Of a DNA stretch of 64,000 bases, positions 52,332-63,278 are shown piece by piece. The number at the start of each line of letters is the position of its first letter. Position 1 is the stretch's first letter. The position numbers and the translations under genes are program-made. Source of the stretch: Andalucia godoyi And28 (lineage: Eukaryota; Protista; Jakobida). The notes beneath the pieces were generated by a model. It made no database searches. It saw nothing but the letters and a program-made list of their open reading frames with translations, and was not told the DNA's origin. Location: NCBI GenBank assembly GCA_009859145.1, contig VRVR01000040.1:210770-274769 (forward strand). Reading direction: 5' to 3'.

Positions 52332-52695
52332 TCTATATCCTTTGGTTCGACCGGTTAAAAAACAAAAAAACAAATAGCGATGACGAGTGTGTGTGAGGGA
52401 GAGGGGAATGAAAAAAACAATAACAATAAAATCTTCGTCTTTTTTGTCTGTTCGACGACACAGAAGAAGCAACGTTTCCGTTCTCTCTGCTCTCGTTTTT
52501 GTTTGTCTCCATAGCCACCATACAAAGCGGAGGGGAAACGCTTGCAGAGATGAACTGGAAGTCGTCCCAAGTGGCCGCTTCGATCGAAAACGGACTGTCA
52601 ACACAAACTCGAAGTGCATTTGCAGCTTCTCAACCAACCAGCAGCCTGCAGAAGAACGTCTACCAATTTGTTGGAAGACGCGCGCTAGACGCGCT

Positions 52696-53931
52696 TCACG
52701 TGAAAGGGCGCGCTTCTTCTCCTTGGAAGAACGAGAACATACTCAGGTGAGACCGGGGATCCACAGTCATCGTTCCGATTCTTTCGACGGAAATCTGCCT
52801 TGAGTTCGTGGCCGTTTTCTGCCTGTCTGAAGAGTCCATACAGAAAGGCAAGAGCTGACCGGAAATTTCGACTCTGGAATTTCTGTGACGTGTCAGATCG
52901 TCCGCGGAACGCGACGGCAGCGAGTCTTCGCATGCAATCAAGTGGCAAGCGGCTTGGATGGCTGTGCTGAGTGCGTCGAGGACTTCATCCGAACACTGAA
53001 TCAACTGGACGCGTTGCAGATTCGGGCAATGCTTAACCATCCATGCTGCAATTGGCACATCTATGATCCTAGAATCCAGGCGACTACTTTGCAACGGTCC
53101 TGGAACGTCGCGAGGCAAGGATCCACCAATGCCATTGACTTGAGCATTGGCCAAATGGTCCGTCGGTGGCTCCTCCCCAAAGCCGACTACAGAAGATTCC
53201 GCTTGCAACCGTCTGAGATATCCGTCCAGCAGCGACGGGGTATGGATGGAAAGCGTTTCCGCAGCAGTGTCACTGGGATCGAGTTTCCATCTCGGAAGAA
53301 GCCACCTGCCATTCCACCGATTCGTATCCAAACCACCCAAGTTGAAGCATCGAAGGATTCGAATTGTTGCTACGTGAGGACAGATTGGAAACCGTGATTC
53401 GTAGGTTCCAAAGAACACTTGCGGAGAAACCATGCATCCCTGAAACAACATGCAGTCAAACGTCCAAACACGATCCTGCATCGACCGGCAGATGGGCACA
53501 CCGTGCTTTGCGCTCACTGTTCTCGGAAGATAAAAGCCCGGTTTCCAGCACGAGGGAGCATGGATCAATATTTGCTGAAACCGCTTCCACGATGAAATGA
53601 CGACAACCAAATCGGGATACAGTCTAAGAAACGACAGAATGCGGAGCAGTACATCCGACGGGAGTTGACGAAGAGACCAAGGATTTTGTTCTCTCGGTTT
53701 TCGATTAGAAGCAAATTTCTGTGCCGATTCTTGCCCGGCAGCCACATTCTTGTCATGAACAGTCCTGTTGATTCGGAGCTTTTGCGTTTGAAAAAGACTG
53801 CTCCCAATATGGGACATGTACTGATCTTTGCTATGGACGTTATCGTGTTTGGGCGCAACGGTTTGCGACTGCGAGAGCTGCAAATTCTGTCGCCGCGCCG
53901 CAATTCTGGCTGCCAAGTCCAGCGGATTCAT
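52696..53931 (-). CDS. F-box domain protein
   Basis: SLRQLPSDVLLRILSFL..LVVVISSWKRF followed by LRR-like segments. Confidence 0.7.
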   Translation of the reverse strand: MNPLDLAARIAARRQNLQLSQSQTVAPKHDNVHSKDQYMSHIGSSLFQTQKLRINRTVHDKNVAAGQESAQKFASNRKPREQNPWSLRQLPSDVLLRILSFLRLYPDLVVVISSWKRFQQILIHAPSCWKPGFYLPRTVSAKHGVPICRSMQDRVWTFDCMLFQGCMVSPQVFFGTYESRFPICPHVATIRILRCFNLGGLDTNRWNGRWLLPRWKLDPSDTAAETLSIHTPSLLDGYLRRLQAESSVVGFGEEPPTDHLANAQVNGIGGSLPRDVPGPLQSSRLDSRIIDVPIAAWMVKHCPNLQRVQLIQCSDEVLDALSTAIQAACHLIACEDSLPSRSADDLTRHRNSRVEISGQLLPFCMDSSDRQKTATNSRQISVERIGTMTVDPRSHLSMFSFFQGEEARPFT

Positions 53932-54022
53932 CGTGATTTTCTGGAAATGAAGGAATGGGCAATGCGTGGGGCGAGTTCGAAGTGTAGAAAGGCAGTAAAA
54001 CCAGACTGCAAAAAGGACGTCT

Positions 54023-54354
54023 GGCAGCTTTTGTGCATCAACGTTGAGCATCAAGCAACAGAATTTTCCTACCGTAGTCATGTCAAATTCCTCTCTTTTC
54101 CTTTCTGTTTTTTTACATTTTTAATCGATCCCTCAAGCACCACCTCTCATCAGAGACAAAGACAAAAACATCGCATGGCTCCAAAGAGGGATGTTCCCAA
54201 CAAACGCAAACCGGCCATGCCCGATGATGCCGAGAACCAAGAAACTCGTGGTTGCGACGACCCTTTGACGCAGAGCAATCTGCATTGAGGAGGTGGTGCT
54301 CGCCCCAAACTGGATCTGTCTTTGGCGACAGCGTAGCCGATGACCAACGAGCGG
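54023..54354 (+). repeat. Dispersed repeat copy B (sORF 54175..54288)
   Basis: Shares long identical blocks with copies A and C, but lacks the ~31-nt AT-rich insert present in A and C. Confidence 0.92.
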
Positions 54355-54528
54355 TGGGAAAAGGTGACGACAAATCATGCAGTGCGCAGATTCGAGAGCG
54401 GGAATTTCCTGTTCTGGCAGAAAAGTCGGGGGGATATCCCCTGCTCCCTTTTTGTGTCGTGAACAGCTGAACATCGATCTTTTTCGCAAATCTTTATTGG
54501 TCATGCACAAAATAAGAAGACCTGGGCA

Positions 54529-57396
54529 TTAAGAATCACCCCATTGATCATCCTCTTCCATAAACTCATCTTCGTCCTCGACCTTGGGGTCGGTAGCAGC
54601 CTCTCGCGCAACGGGAGCAGCGCTGGCCGACAGTGGGGCAGCTGGCGAGCTCGCTACTGCAGCTGAGAAGAACGCACGAGCTGCGGTGCTCGGAGCTGCC
54701 TGTGCAGGACTAGCCATTGCCACTTGGTGGGGTACAGATGCGGGAGAATGTGCACCTCGCGTCGGCGAACTTGCAATGGAAGCTGGGGAATTTCCAACGG
54801 GCGACGGCAACGCATCGACAAGTGCTGGCGCGGAGGGCGCGGATTGTGTTGACGCAGATTCACCAACACTCCCTCCATCAGCGGCTTCTTCAGAGTGTTC
54901 CACAGTATCTGAGAGCGGCGATTCCGCATTCGCGCCTGCATCACCATTCTGTGCAGTCGCCATCACTTCCGACCAACCAGGAAACATGTTTGGGTACTCG
55001 ACAGGATCTGCCAGTGCCCGTGCATGGATGCTCGCATTTTCGCCTCCCAGGAACGACTTCCACTGGGAGAGCAACTCCGGCACCTTCAGAGGACAGTACG
55101 TACGAGCGAACAGACATGCTTCTGGGACTCGATCTTGATCAATGAGGATGGCCAAGCATCGGTCCAGACTGCCCATGACAAACGCTGCGGTAAATGCAAC
55201 ATTGTACACACGCTTGGAGATGGCCAAATCGCACAGAGTCGTCAGTTTTGCGACGTCATTCGAGGTGGTGTATAGCAACAACAGGCCGCCAAGATCCGAT
55301 CCTCGAAGCAAACACGTTTCTGCCAACACAAAATCCGATTTGCTGATTGCCAAATCTGCAACAGACCGGTACTTCACATCGGACGTCGTACGGTCTGCAA
55401 TTTCCACTGCAAGATCCAACTTTCCCAGTTCGATTGCTAGCTCGAACCGCAATTCAAGATCAGAAGTGAACTCCAACGCAAGATCCAGAAGGCCAAGCGA
55501 CTTGAGGAATGGAGCAAGAATGGATGAGAATTCCGCAAGTCCGGAAAGGCGAGAACGGAGGTCCGCAATCGCGGAGACGTCAGCCTCCGCAACAACAACA
55601 CGCTGAACAACATCCAGTAGTGCAGAGGGAATTCGATACGACGTCACTGCTCTTTCCTTATCCATCAGTAACACCCTGTCTTCCTTCGGGACGAACCCAA
55701 GCCAGAACGACGCAAATCGGTCACAGACGCATATCGTAATGGATCCTTTCGGTGACCAGATTTGCAGTTTGCCGGACTTGTTGAGGGACATGAATAAAGA
55801 CTCCACAAACTGCCCGTCACGGATCTTGTCAGAGATCTCATCCAGCAGCTCGAAAGATTCCTCGATGCCGGTGTCGGGTGCGGCTGGTGTTTCCGCAAGA
55901 TACGTCGATACCGCCTCGCGATTGTAACGCAACAAATACGTTGAAGAATCGCAAACCAGCGCGACATGGGTTCCCTGGTCATTCCACACCACCTTTTTGG
56001 GTACGACATCAATACGACGAACCAACGTTCCAGGACGTGTCCAGTCATAGAACAAAACCGCATCCGTTAATCGAACGCCAAGAAGCGGGCCACCGAACAA
56101 TCCCTCTACAGTACCGGATGGTCGAAAGCTCGAGGCAGTGTCCTCTTCAAAATTACGATATGTAATGATAGACCCGCTTCGAAGAACGCCAAATGACCCA
56201 GAGGCAGCCGACGACCATGCAAAATGTGAACCCTGGCCAAACGTCTTGCTTCGCCAAGCAATGGCTGTGTAAACTACCCAGTCATTGTCACCAAAGAGTG
56301 CTGCAACAAACCGTCCTTGAGGATCATGTTTGATGAATCGAGGAGGAGTCTCGCAAGTTCCAAGGTCCTTGCCACTCAAAGAGAGACGTTCTCCGTCCGC
56401 AACTCCCGTGATGCCTTTGATTTGCACTTGAGAGACCTCCAGCTGATTGACAAGAATGCACTTTCCCGACAACAGGTCCAAGCTGGCAACTGGAACTTGC
56501 TTGGCCAATCTCAAAATAACAGATCCTTCGTCAAAGCCAATTGCAATCTTACGAGAGCTACGGAACATGGAGAGGCACCACGCCCTTTCGAGAGCATAAT
56601 CCAAAGTTTTTTCCAAACGATATGTCTGCGAATTCCAAATCTTCACGGAGCCATCTTCAGATCCGGAAATGATGATCGGAAGGTCGTGGTGGAACGACAC
56701 AAAGGTCACATTGTGCGAATGGGCATCCAACGTCTGCACACACGACTTTGCTTGATAGTCCCACACCCGAACCTGTCGATCGTCGCCGCCGGATACCAGA
56801 TAGGGCTTGTCCGAACCGGGATAGTACTCCACGCAATTCACTCCTTTCTCGTGTCCTTCAAGAGTTTGGTAAGGTCTTGTAGTGCCGATTCCCCACACTT
56901 TGATGGTACGGTCGAGCGAAGCCGTTGCGAACGTGGACGGATCTTTCGGATTGAGCGTTACTTGCATCACAAAATGACTGTGACCTTCGTACACCGCCGT
57001 GCACTTCCAGCCCTGATCCCAGTTCCACTGCGCAACAGTCGTGTCGTCGGAGGCAGTCAGAATCAACGGAAGAGTCGGATGGACCGCGATGGACCGCAAG
57101 TAATCCTGATGGGCCTGAAATTCCACAACTTTTTCCATGGTGTTGTAGTGAAAAACGCGCACCATCAAATCATCGGATCCCACAACAAACCATTGCTTGC
57201 GCGGAATGAACTTCGCCGCACGTATCGGAAGAGTGCTGACCTCGAATGTTCGATGCAGCTGCGCCGTCACATAGTTCCACAGATGCACAACTCCATTGTA
57301 CATCGCAACCAGCATCCAAGGTTCGGTAGGATGTACATCAATTGCCTTGACACGCTCCGAGCGCGACAAAAACTTCCGCTTGACGTCCAACTTCAT
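54529..57396 (-). CDS. COPB2: Coatomer subunit beta'
   Basis: MKLDVKRKF..RSERVKAIDVHPTEPW, VVGSDD, FNPKD-like LNPKDPSTFATASLDRTIKVW and LEGHEKGVNCVEY. Confidence 0.96.
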   Translation of the reverse strand: MKLDVKRKFLSRSERVKAIDVHPTEPWMLVAMYNGVVHLWNYVTAQLHRTFEVSTLPIRAAKFIPRKQWFVVGSDDLMVRVFHYNTMEKVVEFQAHQDYLRSIAVHPTLPLILTASDDTTVAQWNWDQGWKCTAVYEGHSHFVMQVTLNPKDPSTFATASLDRTIKVWGIGTTRPYQTLEGHEKGVNCVEYYPGSDKPYLVSGGDDRQVRVWDYQAKSCVQTLDAHSHNVTFVSFHHDLPIIISGSEDGSVKIWNSQTYRLEKTLDYALERAWCLSMFRSSRKIAIGFDEGSVILRLAKQVPVASLDLLSGKCILVNQLEVSQVQIKGITGVADGERLSLSGKDLGTCETPPRFIKHDPQGRFVAALFGDNDWVVYTAIAWRSKTFGQGSHFAWSSAASGSFGVLRSGSIITYRNFEEDTASSFRPSGTVEGLFGGPLLGVRLTDAVLFYDWTRPGTLVRRIDVVPKKVVWNDQGTHVALVCDSSTYLLRYNREAVSTYLAETPAAPDTGIEESFELLDEISDKIRDGQFVESLFMSLNKSGKLQIWSPKGSITICVCDRFASFWLGFVPKEDRVLLMDKERAVTSYRIPSALLDVVQRVVVAEADVSAIADLRSRLSGLAEFSSILAPFLKSLGLLDLALEFTSDLELRFELAIELGKLDLAVEIADRTTSDVKYRSVADLAISKSDFVLAETCLLRGSDLGGLLLLYTTSNDVAKLTTLCDLAISKRVYNVAFTAAFVMGSLDRCLAILIDQDRVPEACLFARTYCPLKVPELLSQWKSFLGGENASIHARALADPVEYPNMFPGWSEVMATAQNGDAGANAESPLSDTVEHSEEAADGGSVGESASTQSAPSAPALVDALPSPVGNSPASIASSPTRGAHSPASVPHQVAMASPAQAAPSTAARAFFSAAVASSPAAPLSASAAPVAREAATDPKVEDEDEFMEEDDQWGDS

Positions 57397-57891
57397 TACT
57401 GCACACGCACACACGCACACACGCAGAGGAACTGAGATACACCACAAATCTCACAAAATCCACAAAACTGCAGAGATGGCGCAGAGTGGGAAATCCAATA
57501 AAGCATAGGAAATGGACAAAAAGCTGGGTCGAGAACGAAATTTCGAAGGACAAAAAAGAAAACAGTCAGCACTGACATGACATTTTCGCTCAGTATCAGG
57601 TGATGCTGGCTACGCACTTTTTCACAGATGACCTTCGTTGTCCTTTTTTATAAATTTATGCTTCGGGTGCCGAAACGTACACAATCATCAATGAAAGTGC
57701 CTGCCACCAAGCCATTGTTCCCGTATTGCTGGGTTTCTTTTTATTTTCATTTTATTTCCGCCGTCACTGATTTCTGCGTTTGTACCGTTCCTTTTCACGC
57801 TCAATAACATCTTTTTTTCCCTCTTCGCCTCTGCCCCTCCTGAACGCTTTATTCTTTATTCTTTTTTTTTTTTTTTGAGCATCACTGCACC

Positions 57892-58521
57892 ATGAGAGGG
57901 CTGTTGTTTTTGTCAACCTTGTGCATTGCATTATCACTGTGCTCGCAATCCCTTGCGGGAAGTTGCCTTGGGACACAAAATTCCAAATGTGCAATTGGCG
58001 ATCGCATTCAGATGCAGTTCACTTTTTCTAATGCCTCATCGAGTGCGTTCAACGGCACAACGTCCAGTTACTTTGCGACCTACTATCCGAAAGTCGACCA
58101 GTTCAATCGAGTGTCGGTGACGGGTTGGGATAACACAACATACGCTCAGCAAGTTACGTTTTCTCTTCGTATCGGCGATCTGTACAGCCCTGTGCGTGTC
58201 TACAAGAGCCTTGACGGGACTGTTGGCTTTTTCGTTCTTGCTGTGAATATGGACAATGGCGTCGTGACGTCCGCCAGCTGGGACGACACGTGCAGCGGCA
58301 GTACTTGCGTGCTTGATTCGAGCATCAAATGCATCGGAAACAGCAATGGAAAGAACTGTGCTCCAAATGACTGCGGCAGCTGCTTTTGCAACGTTTTCCT
58401 CGCGTACAAAGGCCAAGATTCCAATGGGGAGTATCTCACATCGTATGACTTTGTTCCAACAAACTACCGGTCGTTCTCCTTTGGAGGTGTATATAACGAC
58501 ATGTTCTCCAAGTATGACTGA
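57892..58521 (+). CDS. Secreted Cys-rich protein of unknown function
   Basis: Signal peptide; PKVD, WDDTC..C...C cluster and AYKGQD..G.YL.S. Confidence 0.75.
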   Translation: MRGLLFLSTLCIALSLCSQSLAGSCLGTQNSKCAIGDRIQMQFTFSNASSSAFNGTTSSYFATYYPKVDQFNRVSVTGWDNTTYAQQVTFSLRIGDLYSPVRVYKSLDGTVGFFVLAVNMDNGVVTSASWDDTCSGSTCVLDSSIKCIGNSNGKNCAPNDCGSCFCNVFLAYKGQDSNGEYLTSYDFVPTNYRSFSFGGVYNDMFSKYD

Positions 58522-58743
58522 TTATGGTACTCCCCGCCACCGCCGCCAAAATTAAAAAATTAAAAAAACTGGGAGAAGGAAAAAAAAAAAACAATGTTAT
58601 CGCTCAACACTTGTTCTGCCGGTCTTTATCAACATAGCCATAAATTAAGCAAATTCGAAGAGAAAATAATGAAAGTCCTGTGATGTCCTCCCTCCCCCTC
58701 CCTCCCTCTCTCTCTCTCCCTCTCTCTCTCTCTCTGTCCCTGA

Positions 58744-59799
58744 TTATTCCCAGTCTTCATCGTCAAATACATCTTCTGCACCGTCCTGCTTCAGATCCTC
58801 ATCAATGAACTCGTCGTCCTCCGAGTACACAGCATCTGTGGAGGCAGCAGCCACCGCATTTGGAGCAGGAACAACAATAGAAGACACGGGTGCAGGGGCA
58901 CTCTCAGCCCCAGATTCCGCGGAAGCTGTCTTCTTTGTACCAGGTACTTCTTCCTTTTGCAGAGTTGCAGCCAGTCCCGGCATGAGATGTGCAAAACCGC
59001 TGAGGTATGCACGACGGTCGCGCTTCAGCCAAACAGCTGCAGAAGACGACGGAGCTTCCGAGCCTTTTGCAGACGCCCCCGTTCCCCCGGTCGCCGCAGA
59101 ATTGCCAGAGTCAATCGATGCGTACGCAAACACATCATAGCCGCCCGCTCCCTGCTGTCTCCGTCGATACTCGTACTCGTCATCCAATATGATCTTGTCG
59201 ACTTCAAAGCGTTCTTTGTACGCAACATGATACTTTGATAGTCGCTTCAAAAGTGTGTCCACTGGTCGCAGCGCATGAAGGAGGCCTGTCTTCTTTGCAA
59301 GAAATCCAGTCATGTGATCTGGGCGCTCACACTCCTTGAGAGAAATGGAGCCGCAGCTCAAACAGTTAGTCGTCGCTGCTGCTGCCAACTCATCCGGCGT
59401 ATAAATACTTCCGCACTTCAAGCACTGGAATTTGAGGATATCGCTCTCCATCAAGACAGCTTCTTCTTGCTCCAGTTCCTGGTGCATTGTGCACACTCTC
59501 CAAGCAACCGAGTCGCAAAACACAGCCCAGTCAATCATCCAAGACACATCAGTTCTTCTGATGCCGTGTTCATCTTGCCTCTGCACAAAGTTCTGATAGA
59601 CCATGCCTTCTGTCTGAAGATTCAGCAAAATCGTCTTGATATTGTTGGAAGAGAAGAGTCCGAGCTTGCGAGTAAGCTGCATGTGGTGTACCGGTTGATG
59701 ACGGAACACACCAAGAAGAATGACAGCCGTTTGCGGCTCGTAAAATGTCCAGGCAACATGATTTACAAGTTCCTCAAGAATTTCCTTTGGTCTCTCCAT
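58744..59799 (-). CDS. GTF2E1: Transcription factor TFIIE alpha subunit
   Basis: N-terminal winged-helix-like region, Zn ribbon FQCLKCGSIY...CLSCG and an acidic tail ending DDEDWE. Confidence 0.75.
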   Translation of the reverse strand: MERPKEILEELVNHVAWTFYEPQTAVILLGVFRHQPVHHMQLTRKLGLFSSNNIKTILLNLQTEGMVYQNFVQRQDEHGIRRTDVSWMIDWAVFCDSVAWRVCTMHQELEQEEAVLMESDILKFQCLKCGSIYTPDELAAAATTNCLSCGSISLKECERPDHMTGFLAKKTGLLHALRPVDTLLKRLSKYHVAYKERFEVDKIILDDEYEYRRRQQGAGGYDVFAYASIDSGNSAATGGTGASAKGSEAPSSSAAVWLKRDRRAYLSGFAHLMPGLAATLQKEEVPGTKKTASAESGAESAPAPVSSIVVPAPNAVAAASTDAVYSEDDEFIDEDLKQDGAEDVFDDEDWE

Positions 59800-60038
59800 A
59801 GCAGAAGTTGTGTTGCTTTCTTTTTTCCCTTCTTCTTCTTCTTCTTCTTCTTCCCGTCCGATGCGCACAAAACAGAGAGCGAAACCTGACAGGGAAGGGG
59901 GGAAATAAGGGAGAGGGAAATTTCGCATTGCGCTTCTCGCAAGTATGAACGGGGAATGCGTCGCCGCCACCAAACTACAACCAGCACAGCTCGACTGAGG
60001 TGGATCTCACGTATGCGTCAGCAATCGGCATTCATGAA

Positions 60039-60563
60039 TCATCTCCACCAAGATACCATTCCCAAACCTTCTTGTTGAATAGTTCCGCGAATCTCAGTAT
60101 CGGACAAACTGGTGATGCGGACTCGGATTTGCTCCCCTTTGTCCATGAACAAAGGATGGCCGTCATACACCCAGACATAGCAGCCCTCCTGCTCATCGAA
60201 CTCGGACACATCCTGCAGCGAATCCTCTGGGACAAGGATTTTGACATTCCAAGGGGAGAGCGAGACTATCACTCCTTTGTTGCGCACACTCTGCTCTACG
60301 ACTCCTAGAACCACCGACCCAACTGCGGCAACGAACACCAGCAATCGGAAAGCGGATTTCACATGACAGCCGCCTTGACCCGCAGTCACAAACGGCTCCC
60401 CGAATTCAGAAATATCCCACACAGCCACAGAGAATCCAACTTGATCAACATGACGACCAACATAGCGGTGATGAATGGAGAGGTGCAGCGAATCCAGCAA
60501 CCCTGCGCCAAGATGCTCGGGCTTGACGTAGATGGTGTCTCGGATTGTGACTAATTGAAACAT
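60039..60563 (-). CDS. POLR3H: RNA polymerase III subunit RPC8/Rpc25
   Basis: MFQLVTIRDTI, VGFSVAVWDI, FDEQEGCYVW..LFMDKGEQIRVR and GLGMVSWW. Confidence 0.88.
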   Translation of the reverse strand: MFQLVTIRDTIYVKPEHLGAGLLDSLHLSIHHRYVGRHVDQVGFSVAVWDISEFGEPFVTAGQGGCHVKSAFRLLVFVAAVGSVVLGVVEQSVRNKGVIVSLSPWNVKILVPEDSLQDVSEFDEQEGCYVWVYDGHPLFMDKGEQIRVRITSLSDTEIRGTIQQEGLGMVSWWR

Positions 60564-60841
60564 GAAGTTTTCCGAGATATGGTTGTGAGTGGAAAAAATA
60601 ATGAAGATATTTTTATTATTTTGATAAAACAGAAGAAGGAATATAAGAATTTTCTTAGGGGGAAAGGAAAACAAAAGCAGCCAAAAAATAAAATAAAATA
60701 AAAAAAAAGACGAGAAGGCGAAAACCCCAGCGAAAACGCCCCTGGGGATTGAGTCGCCTGAGTGCCCCTCCCCCTCCTTGCTTTGCCCACGCAGGCTCGG
60801 ACTGCCAGGCCTTCGGGACGGCTGCTCGCCAACACATGAAT

Positions 60842-61246
60842 CATTGCTGGTCATCGGCGAAGCTATCACCGAGGACAGATCCAAGGCACATATGTTTTTT
60901 AAAAAAAAATTAACTGGGGCGAGCACCACCTCCTCAATGCAGATTGCTCTGCGTCAAAGGGTCGTCGCAACCACGAGTTTCTTGGTTCTCGACATCGTCG
61001 GGCATGGCCGGTTTGCGTTTGTTGGGAACATCCCTCTTTGGAGCCATGCGATGTTTTTGTCTTTGTCTCTGATGAGAGGTGGTGCTTGAAGGATCGATTA
61101 AAAATGTAAAAAACAAATAAATAAATAATTAAAAAAAACAGGAAAACAATAGAGAGAAGAAGAAAAAGTAAGAAATGAAAGAAAATTCTAAACTTGACTA
61201 CTGTAAGAAAATCATATTGTTTGATGTTCAGTGTTGAGACAGAAAA
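60842..61246 (-). repeat. Dispersed repeat copy C (sORF 60934..61047)
   Basis: Near-identical to copy A over 60842-61110; diverged homology continues to about 61246. Confidence 0.9.
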
Positions 61247-61319
61247 CGGTCACCCATTTCACCAGCTGCTTTCTTTAAAAATAAATTATAATAATTTTAA
61301 TGATGACACTGTGATAATC

Positions 61320-63278
61320 ATGTCCGTTGGCGGCGCGCTTCAAAAAACCGTTTTTTTGGATGATGTTGCACATCCGTTGAAATCCAAACGAGCTCCGAAG
61401 CCCCATATACCACATCAACTGATCGACTTGACTTGTGATTCCGATGAAGAATCGAACTGTTTCCAGGGCTCTGCACACGGATCAGCGGTCGATTCGCTAG
61501 CTGCAGCACTGTCGAAGCTCGCCGTAGGCTCTCCAGACATTCCCCCTCCATTGTTGAATGGATACGATTATCTGGCACATCAGCGTGTCGCTATCCAGAG
61601 ATGCTTGACTATTCTTCGCAGTGCTGCGATACCGAATGTGATGCATCGCGGAGGATGCTTGCTTGCCGCGGAGCCCGGGCTAGGAAAGACACTGATTGCG
61701 ATTGCGTGTGCCATTTGCGTTCGTCGAAAGGATACTGCTGGTACACGCTGCTCCCTTATTTTATGCCCAAAGACGGTGATCGTAAGCTGGAAGGAAACAT
61801 TCTGCAAGTTCTTTGGCGAGCTCTACAAATGGATTGTTCTTCACCCAGACGAAGGTACTGATCCAAAACGATTGACAGTTGAATTGCTAAACGGACATGA
61901 TTTTGCAATCGTAAGTTACAACACACTGGTTTCACGAACAACTTCAGAGGCCCACCTGGAATCTTCGAAACGTTCCAGCGAGGTTTTCATCCCAAGTTTG
62001 GAGAAAGCGGAGCGTTTGCACACATCTGTTTCTGGCTCAGATTTACTGATATGGTATCCATGGCATATGATCATTGCGGATGAATCGCAGACATTTTCGA
62101 ACAAGAATACTCAGTGCTTCAAAGCTTGCATGCGTCTTCCGTCGTCGTTTCGCATGTGCCTGTCCGGCACTCCTGTTCGAAACAAGGAGGAGGATATAAG
62201 CACGCAGCTGAAGTTCCTAGGTCTAATTCCGTCGATCACAGAGTCTTCGGTTGACCGGTTGAGGTCATCTTCGGTTCTTGGTTCACGAGTAGTGATCCTT
62301 ACCTATGAGGAGGCGGCGGTAAAGCTGCCGGAAGTTGCTATAGATCGTGTTCTTTTGCAGAACACTGTTCGTGGATACAGTTTACACTCGGAGTACATGA
62401 GGAATGCGCGTTCTGCGTTGGAAAGCTTTGAAAAACGCCAAAGATCATATGCCGCTGTTCTCAGCGAAATTACTCGTCTGCGACAAGTGTGCATTGCTCC
62501 GTACCTCATATCACCAAGTTCTCGAAAAACAATGCTCGGCGAACTGGCGAGTGTGTGTTCCGATTTGATGCTGATGCGGTTTGAAACGCTGTTCTTGAAG
62601 ATGGCCGCGCGTCAGCAGTCTCTGCAGCCTCTGGAAGGGGACGATGGATTCGCATCAGATAATGACAGCTCTGGTGCCAACGAGGACGAACACGATCGAC
62701 AGTGGCTGTGTGACCTTGAATCGGATGCCGGAATACGTTCTCCCAAGATGATTGGTCTGCTGAAAATTTTGTCAGTCGTACCGGACTCCGAGAAGGTCAT
62801 CATTTTCTCTTCGTTTTCGAAGTCACTGTACTTGGCTATGCTGGCGATCCATCGTCACGACTTGCATCGCAGAAAGCGGTTATGCTTCATTGACGGCACG
62901 GTTATCGGAGAGAATCGCGAGTCCGAGCTGCAGGAGTTTTGTTGCGGTCAAGCCAACGTTCTCCTGATGACGTACAAGGTTGGAGGAGAAGGATTGAACA
63001 TTTCACAGGCCAGTCACTGCGTGTTTCTTGAACCCTGGTGGTGCCCAGCTGTTCACACTCAGGCGCTAGCTCGTGTACAACGAATTGGGCAGACAAGAAC
63101 AGTAACAAAATACGAACTTGTTATGCAGGATAGCATTGAATCAAGAATTTTCGACGTCTGCGACGAAAAGTATAGAGCGGTTGCGCGTACTATGGGCGCA
63201 AAATCTGTATGTTCGAGATCTGCAGGGCTGTCGAAAGACGACATCAAGCGAATTCTGGGTGAGCATCACGCAGCGTAG
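61320..63278 (+). CDS. SNF2-family ATPase/helicase, atypical, without RING or HIRAN
   Basis: GCLLAAEPGLGKT, IIADESQ, CLSGTPVRN, KVIIFSSF and GGEGLNI..ASHCVFLEPWW...ARVQRIGQ. Confidence 0.88.
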   Translation: MSVGGALQKTVFLDDVAHPLKSKRAPKPHIPHQLIDLTCDSDEESNCFQGSAHGSAVDSLAAALSKLAVGSPDIPPPLLNGYDYLAHQRVAIQRCLTILRSAAIPNVMHRGGCLLAAEPGLGKTLIAIACAICVRRKDTAGTRCSLILCPKTVIVSWKETFCKFFGELYKWIVLHPDEGTDPKRLTVELLNGHDFAIVSYNTLVSRTTSEAHLESSKRSSEVFIPSLEKAERLHTSVSGSDLLIWYPWHMIIADESQTFSNKNTQCFKACMRLPSSFRMCLSGTPVRNKEEDISTQLKFLGLIPSITESSVDRLRSSSVLGSRVVILTYEEAAVKLPEVAIDRVLLQNTVRGYSLHSEYMRNARSALESFEKRQRSYAAVLSEITRLRQVCIAPYLISPSSRKTMLGELASVCSDLMLMRFETLFLKMAARQQSLQPLEGDDGFASDNDSSGANEDEHDRQWLCDLESDAGIRSPKMIGLLKILSVVPDSEKVIIFSSFSKSLYLAMLAIHRHDLHRRKRLCFIDGTVIGENRESELQEFCCGQANVLLMTYKVGGEGLNISQASHCVFLEPWWCPAVHTQALARVQRIGQTRTVTKYELVMQDSIESRIFDVCDEKYRAVARTMGAKSVCSRSAGLSKDDIKRILGEHHAA

